A DNA stretch of 63,847 nt, the filler included, from Psammoneis japonica (Eukaryota): assembly GCA_008632985.1 (NCBI GenBank). It is 5 parts of 5 records of this genome, joined end to end, with 100 filler letters (N's around TTAATTAATTAA, not from the genome) between each part and the next. Parts side by side here need not be neighbours in the genome. Positions count along the whole stretch, not along the records: positions 1 to 14,931 come from QPGO01000494.1; 4 more parts are not named here. One strand, given 5' to 3'. The stretch's first letter is position 1. Every line of letters starts with the position of its first letter. Shown here piece by piece: positions 1 through 13,647 of this stretch. Under the pieces are notes generated by a model that saw nothing but the letters and a program-made list of their open reading frames with translations, had not been told where the DNA came from and did no database searches. Position numbers and translations under genes: made by a program.

Positions 1-615
1 CTGGACTCTCTGGCCAGTTTTGTTTGCACCAGCATGTTGACTTGCTGCATTCTTGCTTGATTTGACTGGCACTTGGGACTGGACCTTCTTCCAGCAGTCT
101 TCAACAAGCTTGACAAGCTGCACAGCTTTTGCAGTTCCTTTCTCTCACACCCCACTGTTTGTTTGCTGCTTGTGCTGTGCTGACAGATCAAGCAGTTTGC
201 TTAGATCCAGGGTGCATTGTGTGCAGAAGTCTGCATTCCAGCTGTGTTTGTGCACGCCGCAGCCACCCCTGAGATTTTGAGATTGTTAATCTTGGCGATG
301 GCATGCTCCTCTGCCAGTTCTTGGAATTTGTCCCTTGCAGGCCTCTCCATGAATGCTGCCAATGGCTTGTGTTTGTTTTCTGTTTTCATCACACTGCTTC
401 CTTTCAATGTGGTGAAGCAGATGTCATCTTCAATGTGACCCTGCAGCTCAACTAAGGTCTGCTCTGGCAGCAGTTAAGTGGATGCTGCAAATTCATCCCC
501 GGCATGATTGGGGATTCCTCTTGTGCCTGTGTTGACAGCAGAGATGTTTGTTGGAAGCTGTGACATTGTTGATGAAGAGCATGGACAGGAGGAGCAATGC
601 CGTTGTCAACCTTCT

Positions 616-878
616 TGTGACGTGATGATGTGATTCTGTGTTTTTCCTGGTCAGTCAGTCATCAGAATCATGTGCACTGAGAAGTCCACAGGTTCTGCAT
701 GATGCAGATTGAACCATGCCACTTTTGTTGGACTTTTGTTGAGGTTGACTGAAAAATGCACAAGAAATTTGCCACTTTTAATCATGACAATTGCCAAGCA
801 TTTTGCAGCAAGTGGTGCTTTGATGGTTCATTGAACACATCAGTGTCACACCAGACCTTCAACCATCACTGTGGTGGA
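616..878 (+). repeat. Possible 5' LTR and tRNA-Ala-type PBS of the gypsy element
   Basis: TGTGAC at 616, GTCACA at 845-850, CA at 867-868, then TGGTGGA at 872, which is complementary to a tRNA 3' end ...UCCACCA. No matching 3' LTR was found. Confidence 0.3.
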
Positions 879-3800
879 CCCTCCTATGGCCAAGTGTGCC
901 AAGTCATTGTCTGCCAACAAATGTCTGGCCAACCCCCTGTCCAAGACCTTCATCCCAAAGAAGCACATCACTTGCATGCATGATCGTATCACCATGAGTG
1001 TTTGTCCTCACATCACCACTGACATGGGTGACACAGAGCATTGTCTGGTGTTCAATGTCAACAAGAATGCCATCATGAACACATCAGGATTGTCCTGCGG
1101 CAACCGCCTCACCATCATGGGCACTCTTGCCATTCAGACAAGCCTTGTTGAAGTCAAGACAGCTGAGTGGAAGAGTGTGGGTCATTGATCACTCAAGGAC
1201 CCTGGGAATCTTGCCATCATGTCACACCACAATGCCGCCAGACCTGTCATCCCAAATTGTTTTGATGGCAATGATGTTCTCAAGCCCATCCAGGATGGTG
1301 CTGTTGCTGATGTCCATCCCAATCACATCATGCATGCCAAATTGCAAGGCTTCATTAACCTCCATCATCTGGATGATGCCATCACCAACCCATCAGTCAT
1401 TTTTTTCATCCACTTGCCTGTGGACAACGTCCAATTCCTCAATGCAGCTGGTGACCCCATTGACATGTGTGCCTTACAAAGACCACATCACCGGACAAGT
1501 TGAGGAGCATCAAACCATTGTCTACACCAACAACACATGGATGGCATCTTGGAGCCATTCAACCTTCAAGTGCCAGATTTCACCAGCCTGAACGAGGCTG
1601 CCCCAGCCACTGAATCTAAGGGCACTCACATTAATTTACTTGTTGTTCAAGCCAGGTTCCAACCAATCCTTCAAAACACACTCTGCACCATCGCTCCAAA
1701 CTTCATACATGACCCCTGCAAAATGTTGAATCAGGTTCATCAGAAGTCTGCCCTGTTCGATGGTGCTGCCATCTGCTCCACCATCCAGGAATGTCACAAC
1801 AATTGCAACATTGTCATTTCCACCTTTCCAAATCATCCGGATGCCCTGTGGCAATCAAACCCTCATTGCACTTTCGTTGACAACCTTGACATCCAGATTC
1901 ATCAGAAGATGGAGTCCAACAGGTGCACAGCTCATGCTCAGTCATTTCACTTTGCTGTTCCAATCAGACACAGCACATCCAGAATGCATTTGAAGCCACC
2001 AAGAAAGCAAAATCCTCTCTTGCTGCAAGTTGCATCTTCATCCAGGGTAAACTCAGAAAGACTCGTTGCTTCACCACTTTGGTTCATTTACCCACTCCAT
2101 CTGTCAAGTCAGTTTGCACATCTCCTGGTGCAGCTGTTGTTCTCAACAGTGCAGCCAAGACTGTCCTTCACAAATGTGTGAATGCTCAAGTGCAGTGCCA
2201 AGAGAAATGCTTGTGTTGTGATCCCAAGACCAAGACCATCACCTGTCCTTGTGCTGATGAGCCCAAAGTTGCTGAATGCGCTGCACAGATTTGCAAGGAT
2301 TTCAATGAATGCACGAAGAAATGCTGCACCAACAACAATTGCAAGTGCACCTCTGGTAAGACCAATCTTGGCAACATCCTCCTTTCTGCCCTTCTGTCTC
2401 CCAATTCAAAGATGAGCAACAATGAACAAGTCATGAACTTGCTTCTCGACTCCATCAAGCAGTCCATCAGCAGCTGCATTGGCTCTGCCAAGGACACCAA
2501 GAGTGACAACAACAGCAAGTCCATGGTCACTCTCAATGCTCTTGTTCTTCAATTGGCATCAAATGGCCTCCCACAGTTGCCTGCCCCAGCTGACAATGCT
2601 TTGCCACACATTGTGCTCCAATTGGGTGCCCCAAACTCAGCATTCAAACCTGGGTTCCATGCCATCATTGACAGTGCAGCCACTCTTGCATGCACGACTG
2701 TTGGATGCCTGTTGCCAAGGCTTGTCCAGAATTGGTTAAGAACATCACACTTGCAAAGGATTGCTGCTCTCCCATTGTCCCATCGGGCATTGTCCGTGTT
2801 GCCAACAATGCGGAGGTGAACGTGTCTACAAACCTCCCTGCTGTTCTTGAGTTTCATCTCCCCCATCTCACTGAGAATGTCCATCCGACTGTGTTCAAGA
2901 TCACCCTGTGCAAAAGCATCTCCATTGACACCATTGCTGGCATGTGAGCCTCATCACAGCCACTCAATTCATTTTGGATTTTTTGGATGACATCGTAGAG
3001 GCTAAGCTGCTTGATTGTGAGCCATTTTGCATCAAATGCAAGACTCCAACTTGTTCCATTCTGAAGCTCATCCCTCATCAGGAACCGGTGTCCAACCTAA
3101 ACCTTTTCACATCAATCAAAGCACGCATTGCAGAAGCCAGCCAGTTTGTTGAAAGCTGTCCCAGTTTGGAGCTGCCCATGGAAACATTCACCACCATGAC
3201 CAAATCAAAAGTCACGTTTGATTTCACTTCTGGTTGGCACAACCACTCATCTTCATTGCATCTCATGATGTCAATCATTTGACACTCTCCATCATGAGGC
3301 ATGATGTCTGGCATTAATCTCATTTGGCTCACAATCATTGCCTGTCATCCATCTGCATCTCAGGCATGACTCGCAAACGATGTCACATTTGAATCCCTAA
3401 ACCCCCACACTGTGCCAAGAAGCTGAACCTTTTCAGAACCTTCCTGACATCCAGGATGACTTCCAATTCCTTCATGAATCTTGCATTGGCAAAGTCATTG
3501 GAAAGAACACTTGCCCAGCTTGCACAGACCAGGACGTCAATCCATCCTTCGTTTCGTGCATGTGTGACAACAAACATGATTCCACTGAACCACAAAAGAA
3601 AATCTCCATCTGAGCAATGACATTCCAGCAGTTGTCAAGGACTGATTGATCAAACAGTGTTGGTGCATGTCACCAGATCAAAATGGAAGACAACTCTGCT
3701 GCCAAGACTGCCTTCGCTGCACCACAAGGATGGGAGCATCATTGCATGGTGATGCCATTCTGCATCATCAACGGACCAACCACCTGTGTCATCATGTCGG

Positions 3801-6800
3801 ATGATCTAAAAGACAACTGGGACCATGAGGCCTGCACAGTAAATTTCACCCTCAATGACAGCAGTGGCACTGCCATTGTCATCGATGAGAACTTCGGCTT
3901 TGTTGAGAGCTGCAACACCAGCCTCAAATGTCTTGAGGTGATTCTTCGTGTCACTCATCTCTGCAACCTGTCCTGGAAGCCACAAAAGTGCCTCTTCTTC
4001 CTGCCATCTGTTGAACTCATTGGACATGATTTCACCAAGGACAGAAATCTCCCAGCTGATTCTAAGAGTGGACTGCTCAAGTGCTGGCTCCAACCTGATG
4101 TCACAGCAGCACAATGGCCCAAACAACTTGATCATGAGCTCAAAGACATCAAAGAGGACATCCTGTCTAAACCGTTGCTTCGCTGCATTGGTCACAATGG
4201 ACGACCCCATCTCCAGACTGATTTTTCAGGATGTGGCATGGGGTGTGCCCTGCTCTAACCAGGTGATGACGAAGCCTCCATCGCTGCCATGGAGCAAGAA
4301 AAGAAACCGGGATTCCACCAGTGAATGCTTGTCAAGTGATCTCCCAATTGCACCAACGTGCAAAGGCATTGAATGCTGCCTTTGTTCATGCATTGGCAAA
4401 GGCATGGCCCTTCAATGGGCAATCGATAAAAATGCCCACATAGTTCATGGTGGGCCATTCACTGATGTTGGCAACTGCTTTGGACTCCATTAGATCATGT
4501 TTTACAATGGCTGCAATCCTGCCATCATGCATCCCCAAATGGAGCTTGTCTCTTGGTGGTTCACTGTTGTCCACTGTCTCAATCACATGGTTGTCAATGC
4601 CAACTGTTTCTTGCATTGTGGCCAAGAGATTGACCTCAACCCTCTCCTTCAACAACACATGACCATCACAGACAAACAATCATGAACTGATCCACCAGCT
4701 GCAACAGGACCAACAGTCCAGCCTGAGAATGTGCCACAATGTTGTCACACCAAATCATTTGCAAATGTGACTCCATCTGAAGCTCACCCATCCAAGGTCA
4801 AAGAAGCCATTGCTCTCAAGAATGTCCCCATCCTTTTTGGTGGGAACCAGTGAAGACATTGCCACATCCAACATCCAATGCTGCAGTGTGACTGACATGT
4901 GCATCATTGGAACTGCTGCAGCACAATTGGGGGCTCTCTGTGGTTTCTCATCCCGTCACTTCTTTTCCGCCTGCATGAAACATCAACTTTCCATTCAAGG
5001 TTGTCATCACTGCAGACAATGACATGCATTGTCACAATCTCCTTCAGGACATTGGATGCATCCCCGTCTTTTTGTCCTCTGCAGCAAACCCAATGAATCA
5101 TGTCAAGCATGCTGCTGCACCCAATCTAGAAGGCTGCTGCATCACGGCACCATCGATGACTGACACTCCTGCTCAATTGTGATTTGTGCAAACCCAAGCC
5201 ACCATTGTCACCACCAAAATGGGACAACAGAGCCATCTCCAATGTTTCATTTTTCAGATTCCAATGGTTTTCAAACAAACTGTCATGTCACAGTTCATCC
5301 CCCTTCAACCCCAGGAGCTTTGTGATCACCGCACTCCCCAATGCAACCGAATCAGAAGTCGATGATGACAAGCTTGTCATTGAGAACACCCATCTATCTC
5401 ACTCACCGTCCCCTCTCAAATCTCAACTCATCAGTCAGTTGACACCTGAAGGACCACAATTGTCCACTCTGTGCAGTGCTGAGACATGCAATGTGGATCA
5501 CCCCACTCTGCCAATCGGACCTTTCAACTGCAACATTTGACCAAGTCCTTGGCAACCACTTCCTCAACAAAGAATCCAAGAAAAGCATCCATTGCATCTC
5601 CGTGTGCAAGCACATCCCTTGCTGTGCACTGGAAAAAACTTGACCTCCTGCAAGTTGTGCAACAATCCTCATGCAGTGATGCAGACTGCACTTGATGAGC
5701 TCACGGACATCCAACCATCTCATGCAGAATTCCTTGACACATCAAAAGACACAGTGCCAGCAGCCACTGCTTGAGCTTTTCTTGCAGGATCCACCTCAGC
5801 CCGTCTCCCTGATCATCAGTGTTGGAAGGACGAGCACTTGTGTGACCCCGAAACCAAGCTTGTGCTCAATGTGGTCAAGAATCCATTCCTCATTGCCAAG
5901 GACAATTTTGAGAAGATCAATTTCCATTGCTGGCAACCCATGCACTCCAGAAACATTGTCATTGAAGATGACATGCTCATCATCAGAGAATCCATTGACT
6001 CTGTTGGCAACTTTGCCAAACTCTGTGTTGTTCCATCATCTCTCAATGATCTCATCTTTGTTGCATTCCATGCCAACCCTGTTTGAAGTCATTTCAGTGT
6101 CTGTTGTGCATTTCATTGAAGCTGCCTTCAATTTTGTTGGCCTGGTGTGTGCAAACATGTGTCCGACCTTATCAGCCAATGCCCAGGATGCACTTTGACC
6201 AATGCTTGATGTTACAAGAAATCCAAGATTGTCTGCTCCTTTCTGGTGGAGACCAACTGTTCAAACTTGTTCATGCCAATGCATGTGTGGTTGGTGGTCA
6301 ACGGTGCTTTCAAGGTGAAAAATGTCAATGAATCTCCTAGATGGCATGACTTAATTTGCAGTCTCAGAGGAAATGCATGGTGAAATCAATGATGAATCCT
6401 TTGGCAAAGCCATCATGAAGATTCTGCCAGCTCACAGTTTGTGTCACACACTCCTTGTTGATGCCAACTCCAAATTTTGTGGCTCATTCATTGAAGCCAT
6501 TGACCTTTTAGGATTTAACCTGCATCAAGCATCAGCAGGCCATCATGACCCAATCCTGATGGAACAATTTCATGCGTTTCTCAACAAGTCATTGTGCATC
6601 TTTTGCAATGAATGTGATTTTGTTTGAACCACTGCCGAAGCCATCCAACTCACTGGTTGTGCATGGAATTCAGCCCCAGTTGTTGGGACTGACTTCAGCC
6701 AATTGCTTGTTGCCTGTTGCCATTGGATGCAAGTTCTGCTTCCCTGTCAACTGCACCAAGTTTGAGTGCATCACCCTTCAACCTGCAACTGAATCCATCA

Positions 6801-8070
6801 AGAATTGCACTGAGCACACTCGTAACCTGCTGTCCAAATGCCAGGAATTTTTTTGAGTTCTCATCCAAGAACATTCCCCTGTGCACCATGAACATGTCAA
6901 TGGCAACCACCCTGATCCACTTGTGTGTTTGACAGGCAACTTTGTTTTTGCTCAACAAGCTGTCAAATCTGACGCCAAACATGGCCGAGTTGATAAAATC
7001 ATGTTCTGCCACACAGGCCCATGGAAAATCATAGAGAAGCTGCCAGGAGCTTCATGTCACATTTGCCACTGCAGCAAATCTCATGCAGAAGACAAGAAGC
7101 ATGCTTCCCATTTGTCCCCTTGCCCCCTCAAACTCATCCCTTTTCCTCCTCTCACTAGACCAGATGCCTCTCATGGGCAGATTGACAGGACCATCAAGAA
7201 GCATCCATTTTCCAAAGCTGGTGTTGACTCCTGTGTGCCTTTTCAACCCTGGAAACTTGATCAAGAGAATGCTGCACCATCATCACAATCATTGCCATCT
7301 GCAGCATCATTGGCATGCATTGACTCTGCTGTGCACTTTCCTTCATCAGCTGAACTTAACGATGAACTTGACAGGGTGCACACCAAAGAAGGATTCCTCC
7401 CAGCTACATTGGACAATCACAAACCCTCGTCAACCAGTGCATTTGTCAGGGTGCTCAAAGGCATCAACTTGTGCACAAATAACATCAGGGACTTGACCGG
7501 CCCTCAGTCCCACATCAGAGTGCCTCCCACACAGCAAACACACAAACTGTCCCACTCAGCACTGAATCTGAATCAGCTCATGTTGTGCATCATCCAGAGC
7601 CATCACAAATTGTTCTTTGTCTCTCATTGAGCTCCTGGCACTGCTGGGGCCAAATGGAATGTCATTCAAGTGAATCTTGAATGCACCATGTCAGAAAATC
7701 CTGACGCTTTCTCTGACTGCAGAATGTGCATTGATTTCTTCACTGACCATTCACATGACACACAGTTCAATGCACCAAATCAATGATTCTGGAAGGAGCA
7801 TCACGAACTCAATGGATGATTTGTCCTGCACAACAACTTTCATCTTCTGAAGCCATCTCTAAATGAAACCATTTGCGCTCGTGAAAAGCATCTGGTTGTC
7901 TTCTCCCAATGGGCACACATCCATCATCCCAATGTTTTCCTTCATGGACCTTTCAACTTTGCAACCATCAATGGACGTCAAACCAGAGATCGCAAGTTGG
8001 CATCCAATTGGAACATCCTGTCCAATCTGTCTGACAAACAGGACAATGAAGCACCCATTTCCAATCTCTT
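872..8070 (+). mobile_element. Decayed Ty3/gypsy-type LTR retrotransposon (protease-RT-RNaseH-integrase remnants)
   Basis: Remnant motifs occur in gypsy order: protease-like AIIDSAAT (~2660-2690); RT KTAFAAPQG..VMPF..NGPTT, IVID and KCLFF..VELIGH (3683-4030); RNase H start HLQTDFSGCGMGCALL (~4210-4255); integrase Zn-finger region PSSL.DLIFVAFHANP (~6030-6085); integrase core (6250-6900). Many stops and frameshifts. Ends are approximate. Confidence 0.8.
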
Positions 8071-8659
8071 GAATCTGTCTTTTTTTGCACCATGTCAACA
8101 CACAGTTTCACAATGTGCATTGTGATCCATTTGTTGAGGTGCAGCCCTGTTAACACACGAACATGCCTGCAACATGCAAACCACATGATTTTGAGAATTA
8201 CTGGCTTGGTTCTCACAACCTCATTTTCAAATTTATTTGCCCGCCAAAACAGGCACACTCGTCCAAAATGGACTCCCCCTTTTTTCTTTTTCTTTTTTAT
8301 TCACACACACACACCATGTTTTTGTCATCCCAACTTTTTTCCCTGGTTCACATCTCTCCTCTTTTTTTTTCATGGAGAAGCCATTCTGAAAAAGCCACAG
8401 CTTTTGCCATCTTTTTGGGGTGGCTCAAAAGTGCAGCTCATGCAAGCCAGCATCACTTGGCCATTTGTCCATCAGGAAATTGCCAATCACCAATGGTCTC
8501 CTTTTATTCACCACTTTTCACCTCACCACAGGAGAAGCAGCAGCTCATGATTTTGAGAATCACTCGCTTTTCACACCATTCCACTTTTAAACCTTCCCTG
8601 AATGCAGAAAAAAAGGTGGAATTCTCCCACCAGATGATGTCAATGAAAAGACCATTGAC

Positions 8660-9163
8660 ACAGTGTTTGAGGCACTTCAGAAGAAACATCCAGACCTGAG
8701 GATTCAGGTTGAAGACCAATTTCACAAGTTTTGTGAGCTGCCAGAACTTCAAGACACACTCATCACCGATGATGCTGTCAAGACTGTTGCACGAAAACTA
8801 TCCGGAAGTGCTGCAGGACTTGCTAGATCTGATGCTGACACAGTGTCAGAATGGCTTCTCTGTCATGGGAAGGCCAGTGGATTGCTTCAAGAAGTGTTGT
8901 GGACACTCACAAATTGGCTGGCAAACAAATCACCTCTGTGGGCTGCCTGCCATGCAATCATGGCAAAGCCACTTGTCGTGCTGGATAAAAATCCGGGCAC
9001 ATCCCTGGTCGGCACAGGAGAGGCATGGCAATGAGCCGCTGCCAAAGCCATTCTTCTGGCTGCTGGAGCAGAGGCCAAGGAAGCTTGCAGGACAAAACGG
9101 CTGTGTGTTGGACCAGAAACAGGCATCGAAGGCACTGTCCATGCAATGAGCATGCTCTGGGAA
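8660..9163 (+). mobile_element. Non-LTR retrotransposon RT fragment (CRE/Ambal-like), truncated by a copia insertion
   Basis: Translation LSGSAAG..SDA...WLL.HG.AS..L...L..LTNWLAN.SP.WAACHAIMA..LVVLDKNPG...VGTGEAW...AKAIL...LCVG...GIEGTVHAM matches the CRE-type RT N-terminal pattern. It stops at the LTR start (9164). Confidence 0.7.
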
Positions 9164-9407
9164 TGACAGGATTTGAACAAGATTTTAGTTTATCACACAT
9201 AATTATGTGTGCTCTTGGTTCCGCGCGCATCGCGTGATGTAGTTTGCTTTCGAGCCACAGGCTCACAAGAATAACAACAGTAGCACTGATGTCACAACAC
9301 CAGTCTTTCGGCTCCTGTAACGGTCTCTGCATGGAGACTCATCTGCTATTTAGACAGCAGCAAGGAGTTATTGTTTTCTTCCACCCAGTCATCTTCATTT
9401 TCTGTCA
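9164..9407 (+). repeat. 5' LTR of copia (CoDi-like) copy A
   Basis: Termini TGACAG...CTGTCA. Homologous to the LTRs at 40963-41238 and 62394-62666. Followed by the same 17-nt PBS as copy B. Confidence 0.9.
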
Positions 9408-9424
9408 GATTAACAGTCTTGCTC
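9408..9424 (+). promoter_or_regulatory. Putative primer-binding site GATTAACAGTCTTGCTC (copy A)
   Basis: Lies immediately 3' of the LTR. The same 17-mer lies next to the 5' LTR of copy B (62377-62393, - strand). Confidence 0.65.
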
Positions 9425-12400
9425 TTTATTGTCCATTGAGCGTTCATCATCGTCATCGAGAAATTTTTTCGACGACGCGCACCATTGGCGGTGGAAGTAC
9501 ACATCTACCTTCTTCACTGCTGGATGCTGGATTAAATCTACACATTTGGATTTATCCAATGCCTCCCATCGTTGGATGTGTTTATTCAACGGATATTTGT
9601 TTGACCAGGAATTCTCCCGAATTCTCAGACATCCGAGATTCCGGATTCCTTGTAACGGATCCTGCCAATCCATCTGCTCGCGTCCACGCCCACACGACAT
9701 AAACCCCTGACTCTGGCTCTGCTCCACGCACGCCAAGTCTACCGCATTGTATCTACACCAGATTGCTGGTCTCCTCTACAGTCCTACAAGGTCCACGAGG
9801 ACAACTGTGAGAGGAAGCAGTTCGTGATTGCAGCCTGCGTTGGGGCGAGGGTGCATTTCCCACGTTTGTTTGTCCCTCCACAGTGCCAAATTTGGCCGGC
9901 CTGATCGGGTTATCCAACCAACATAAAATGAGAACGGTTTGGAGGTCTTGTCCACCTCTAGTTAGCTTGTCAGCAGGGGTTTTTAACCCGTTGCTCCACT
10001 CTCAAGCAACCCAAAGTGTCACCAGCTGCGGGTTGGGACATGCCGGCACAACTCTACAGACCGGATAGGAAGCTTGGCACTTAACTATGAATGGGACATC
10101 ATGGCCCGGTGGCTTCTGACTCTTAAGATAGTTCAAGACATCAAGTCAAGATTCAAGTCAAGTTTCAAGTTATTTCAAGCCCACACTTCGATTCTAGCTA
10201 GTTCCGACATCCACCCAGTTGCAACATGGTTCTCACCAGGCAACAGCAAATCGATGGCCTGGAGCACATTCTAGGCACTGTTCTGATTGTGCTCCGCCCT
10301 CAACATTGATGGAACCGATTCGCATCAGGACCTTTTCACTTTTACTCCGATGCAATTGGATGCCCTTGTGTGCAACGACGGCACCAATCAAATGCCTTTG
10401 CCATGTGGTTACAAAGCACAGATAGCTGCGTTGATTAGCCTGTACATGGTAAAAGCGCACGGCAGCGCGGATGTTGGCAATGACCCTCAATTGTTCACAC
10501 AAGAGGAGTTCACCAACTGTCGTCTTAGTCCTGAGCATGCAGCATCCCTCTCCATGGGTACAGCACCATCTGCTCCCACTCCTGGCTCGTTGCCACCCAA
10601 ACCACGTGATCCTATGCATGACTTTAAACGAGGCATCAAACGTGACTTGCCTTCGCGCTTCTCAAGTCTGACAAACAGTGGCACATGTGGCACACCTTCA
10701 TCATTGCGCAGGCCCGCTCCCAAGACGTCGCACACATTCTCGAACCGACGTACAAGCCCTCTACAGCTGAGGACAAGGCCCTGTTTGATGAACAACAGAA
10801 GCACATGTTTGCAGCATTCAAACGGATCTTGCAGAATGACAAAGGCAAGGCACTTGTTTGTCAACACGTCGGCTCCTCTGATGCTCAAGCGGTCTATCGT
10901 GACCTCTCCAAGTACGCCCCTGCTTCCACTCGCGCATCCCTGGAGTCCTCGACCCTTCTCACGTACCTCACCACTGCTCGCCTTGGTGATGGCACCTGGA
11001 AGGGATCCACCCATGCCTTCACACTTCACTGGCAGGACCAGCTCCCCAAGTGTGAAGCTCTCATCCCGGGTGCAGACCAACAACCACAATGTCGTCTACT
11101 CTGCCTCCACCCACAAGTCAACTTGCAAAGGTGCTCTCGTGGATCGTGGTGCAAACGGAGGCATCACGGTGATGATGTTTGTGTCATTGCCCGCACCAGT
11201 CACCAGGTTGATGTCCAAGGCATCGATGATCACCAACTAGTGGACATTCCCATTGTCACTGCTGGCGGTGTCATCCACATGCAATGCGGCCCTGCCATTG
11301 CCATCCTTCACCAGTGCGCCTGCACTGGAAAGGGGAAGACGACACACTCTTGCGGCCAGCTCGAGTGGTGCAAACACGATGTCAATGATTGGTCCATCAA
11401 GGTTCCCAATGGTCTGCAGCGTGTCACCACCATTGATGGACATGTCATTCCCATCGACATTAAAGCCAGCCTCCCATACATTGCCATGCGCCCGCACACC
11501 AATGCCGAATGGGACACTCTGCCGCATGTCATTCTCACTGGTGATGACACATGGGATCCATCTGTCCTTGACCACCAATTTACGGATGATGAGAAGTGGC
11601 ATGATGCTGTGTCTGACCTCCAAGACGACCCGACTACCAACCTCTTTGATGAGTTTGGCAACTGTCGTCACCGCCATGTTGTCAACAACGCCATGCTTGC
11701 AGACTCCGACCTTGATGATCACCTGCTCCTGACATCTGATTTCTTCTGTGAATGCCATGAGCATGAACTCCATCCCAAGGATCCCGACTTTGAGTCCCTC
11801 CGCCCTTGCTTTTGCTTTCTCCCGAAGGACACTGTTCACCGCACTTTCGATTGCATGATGCAGTGTGCCCACATGCCAGCCAGCACGCACCTGAAAAAGG
11901 CGTGCAAATCGCCCAACCCGGCTCTCAATGTCCACCGACGTAATGAACCCATTGCCACCGACACGGTCCACTCTGACACCCCTGCCATTGACTCTGGTTG
12001 CACCAGTGCCCATCTCTTTGTCCGCACGGAATCTCTCGTCACTGATGTGCATGGCACAAAAACTGACAAAGACTTTGTCAACACCCTCGAAGACAACATT
12101 CATAATCGCGGTGCCCCGTCCAAGCTCATCAGTGACCGTGCTCAGGTTGAGATCAGCAACAAGGTTCTTGGCATCCTTCATGCCCTCTTCATCTCTAGTT
12201 GGCAAAGCAAGCCTCACCACCAGCATCAGAATTTTGCTGAACGCCGCTACCAAACTGTGAAGACCATGGCCAACACTGTCATGGATTGCTTCGGGTTCCT
12301 GGCTTACACCTGGCTGCTTGCCCTGATGCACGTGTGTTTTGTGCTCAACCACACGGCATCCACCAAGCTCCACTGGCGTGCCCCCACCGAGGTGCTGTCT

Positions 12401-13080
12401 GGCTCTACTCCCAACATCAGCCCGCTCCTCCGCTTTAAATGGTGGGAACCCATGTGCTGCCACCTGGATGATTCCAACTGGCCGTCCGAATCCTGTGAAT
12501 TACGTGGTCACTTCGTTGGCATCACCAAACACGTTGGTCACCAAATGACATTCAAGATTCTTGCTGACAACACTCAGAAGATTCTCTGCCGTTCCAACGT
12601 GTGCTCCACCCATGATCCATCTGCTCCAAACCTGCGTCTTGGTCCTCCTGAAAAGAAATCTGCTGACCCTGTCATTAAATCCTGCCACGACTCTGAGGAT
12701 TCGCCAGATTCACCAGATGGGGAGGTGATCAGGATGCCCAAAATGCCGGTCTTTGACCCCGAGGATGTCATCAAACGCACCTTTGTACATGAAGCCACAA
12801 GAGGATGGACAACGCCACAGAGCCTGCATCAACAAAGCCATTGAGGACCAGGACTGGAAAATCAGAGAAATCCTGAACTGGTCAAGTTCATTTGCTCCAT
12901 CAACAATGACGAATACGAGGAAGTCCCAGCCTGCAACGACATCATGCACCACATTGAGCAAGAAGACGAGGACACAACCCTCTGGAAGTTCCGATGCATT
13001 GTGTCGCACAAAGGACCATTGCGACCCCATGATCCCTCTTGGAAAGGCTCAAACTACAACGTCATGCTTGAATGGGAGAA

Positions 13081-13647
13081 GACGTGTTCCAGCCGCACGT
13101 GACCCAAATCGTGCACAAAAACGACATTTGCGCGATTTTTGCGCGATCTCTGACTTACGAACGGTTTTTCACCACCAAAAGTATAGATTTATACAAATTC
13201 TAATGTTTTGCAACACTAACAAGACTCGTGTGAGTGTTGCAAAATCATTGTTATTGTGCCATCAATGTTTTTCATTGCGATAGACGAATCGTAACACAAC
13301 TGATGATTTTCGGCGAAATTATTGCCGTTATTTGGATGTTAACTAAATATATCTTTCTACGATGCTTTTTTGGTATATTTTCCACTTACAAAGAAACTTT
13401 TGTATAAAGAGTACTGACGTACAATCAGTATGATGTCTACTGAGGAAGTTTATGATACATATCCCATGAGGAATTTGATACCCCACAAAAAACTATTTAA
13501 TTCTTCATAATTATTCATACTCTAGACGCCTATAAAAGCCAATCCGCTTAAGTATTTTATATGAAAATGCTTCATACACTAATAGATACATAATTTATAT
13601 TCAAAATCGATTGTCGTTTTGTGTGTCACCTGGGACTGGAACACGTC
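13081..13647. mobile_element. 567-bp non-autonomous TIR element (MITE) with 4-bp TSD AGAA
   Basis: Perfect 12-bp TIR GACGTGTTCCAG/CTGGAACACGTC that extends imperfectly (20/23). AGAA flanks both sides (13077-13080, 13648-13651). Removing it restores ..LEWENGEVTS.. of pol. The interior is AT-rich. Confidence 0.92.
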
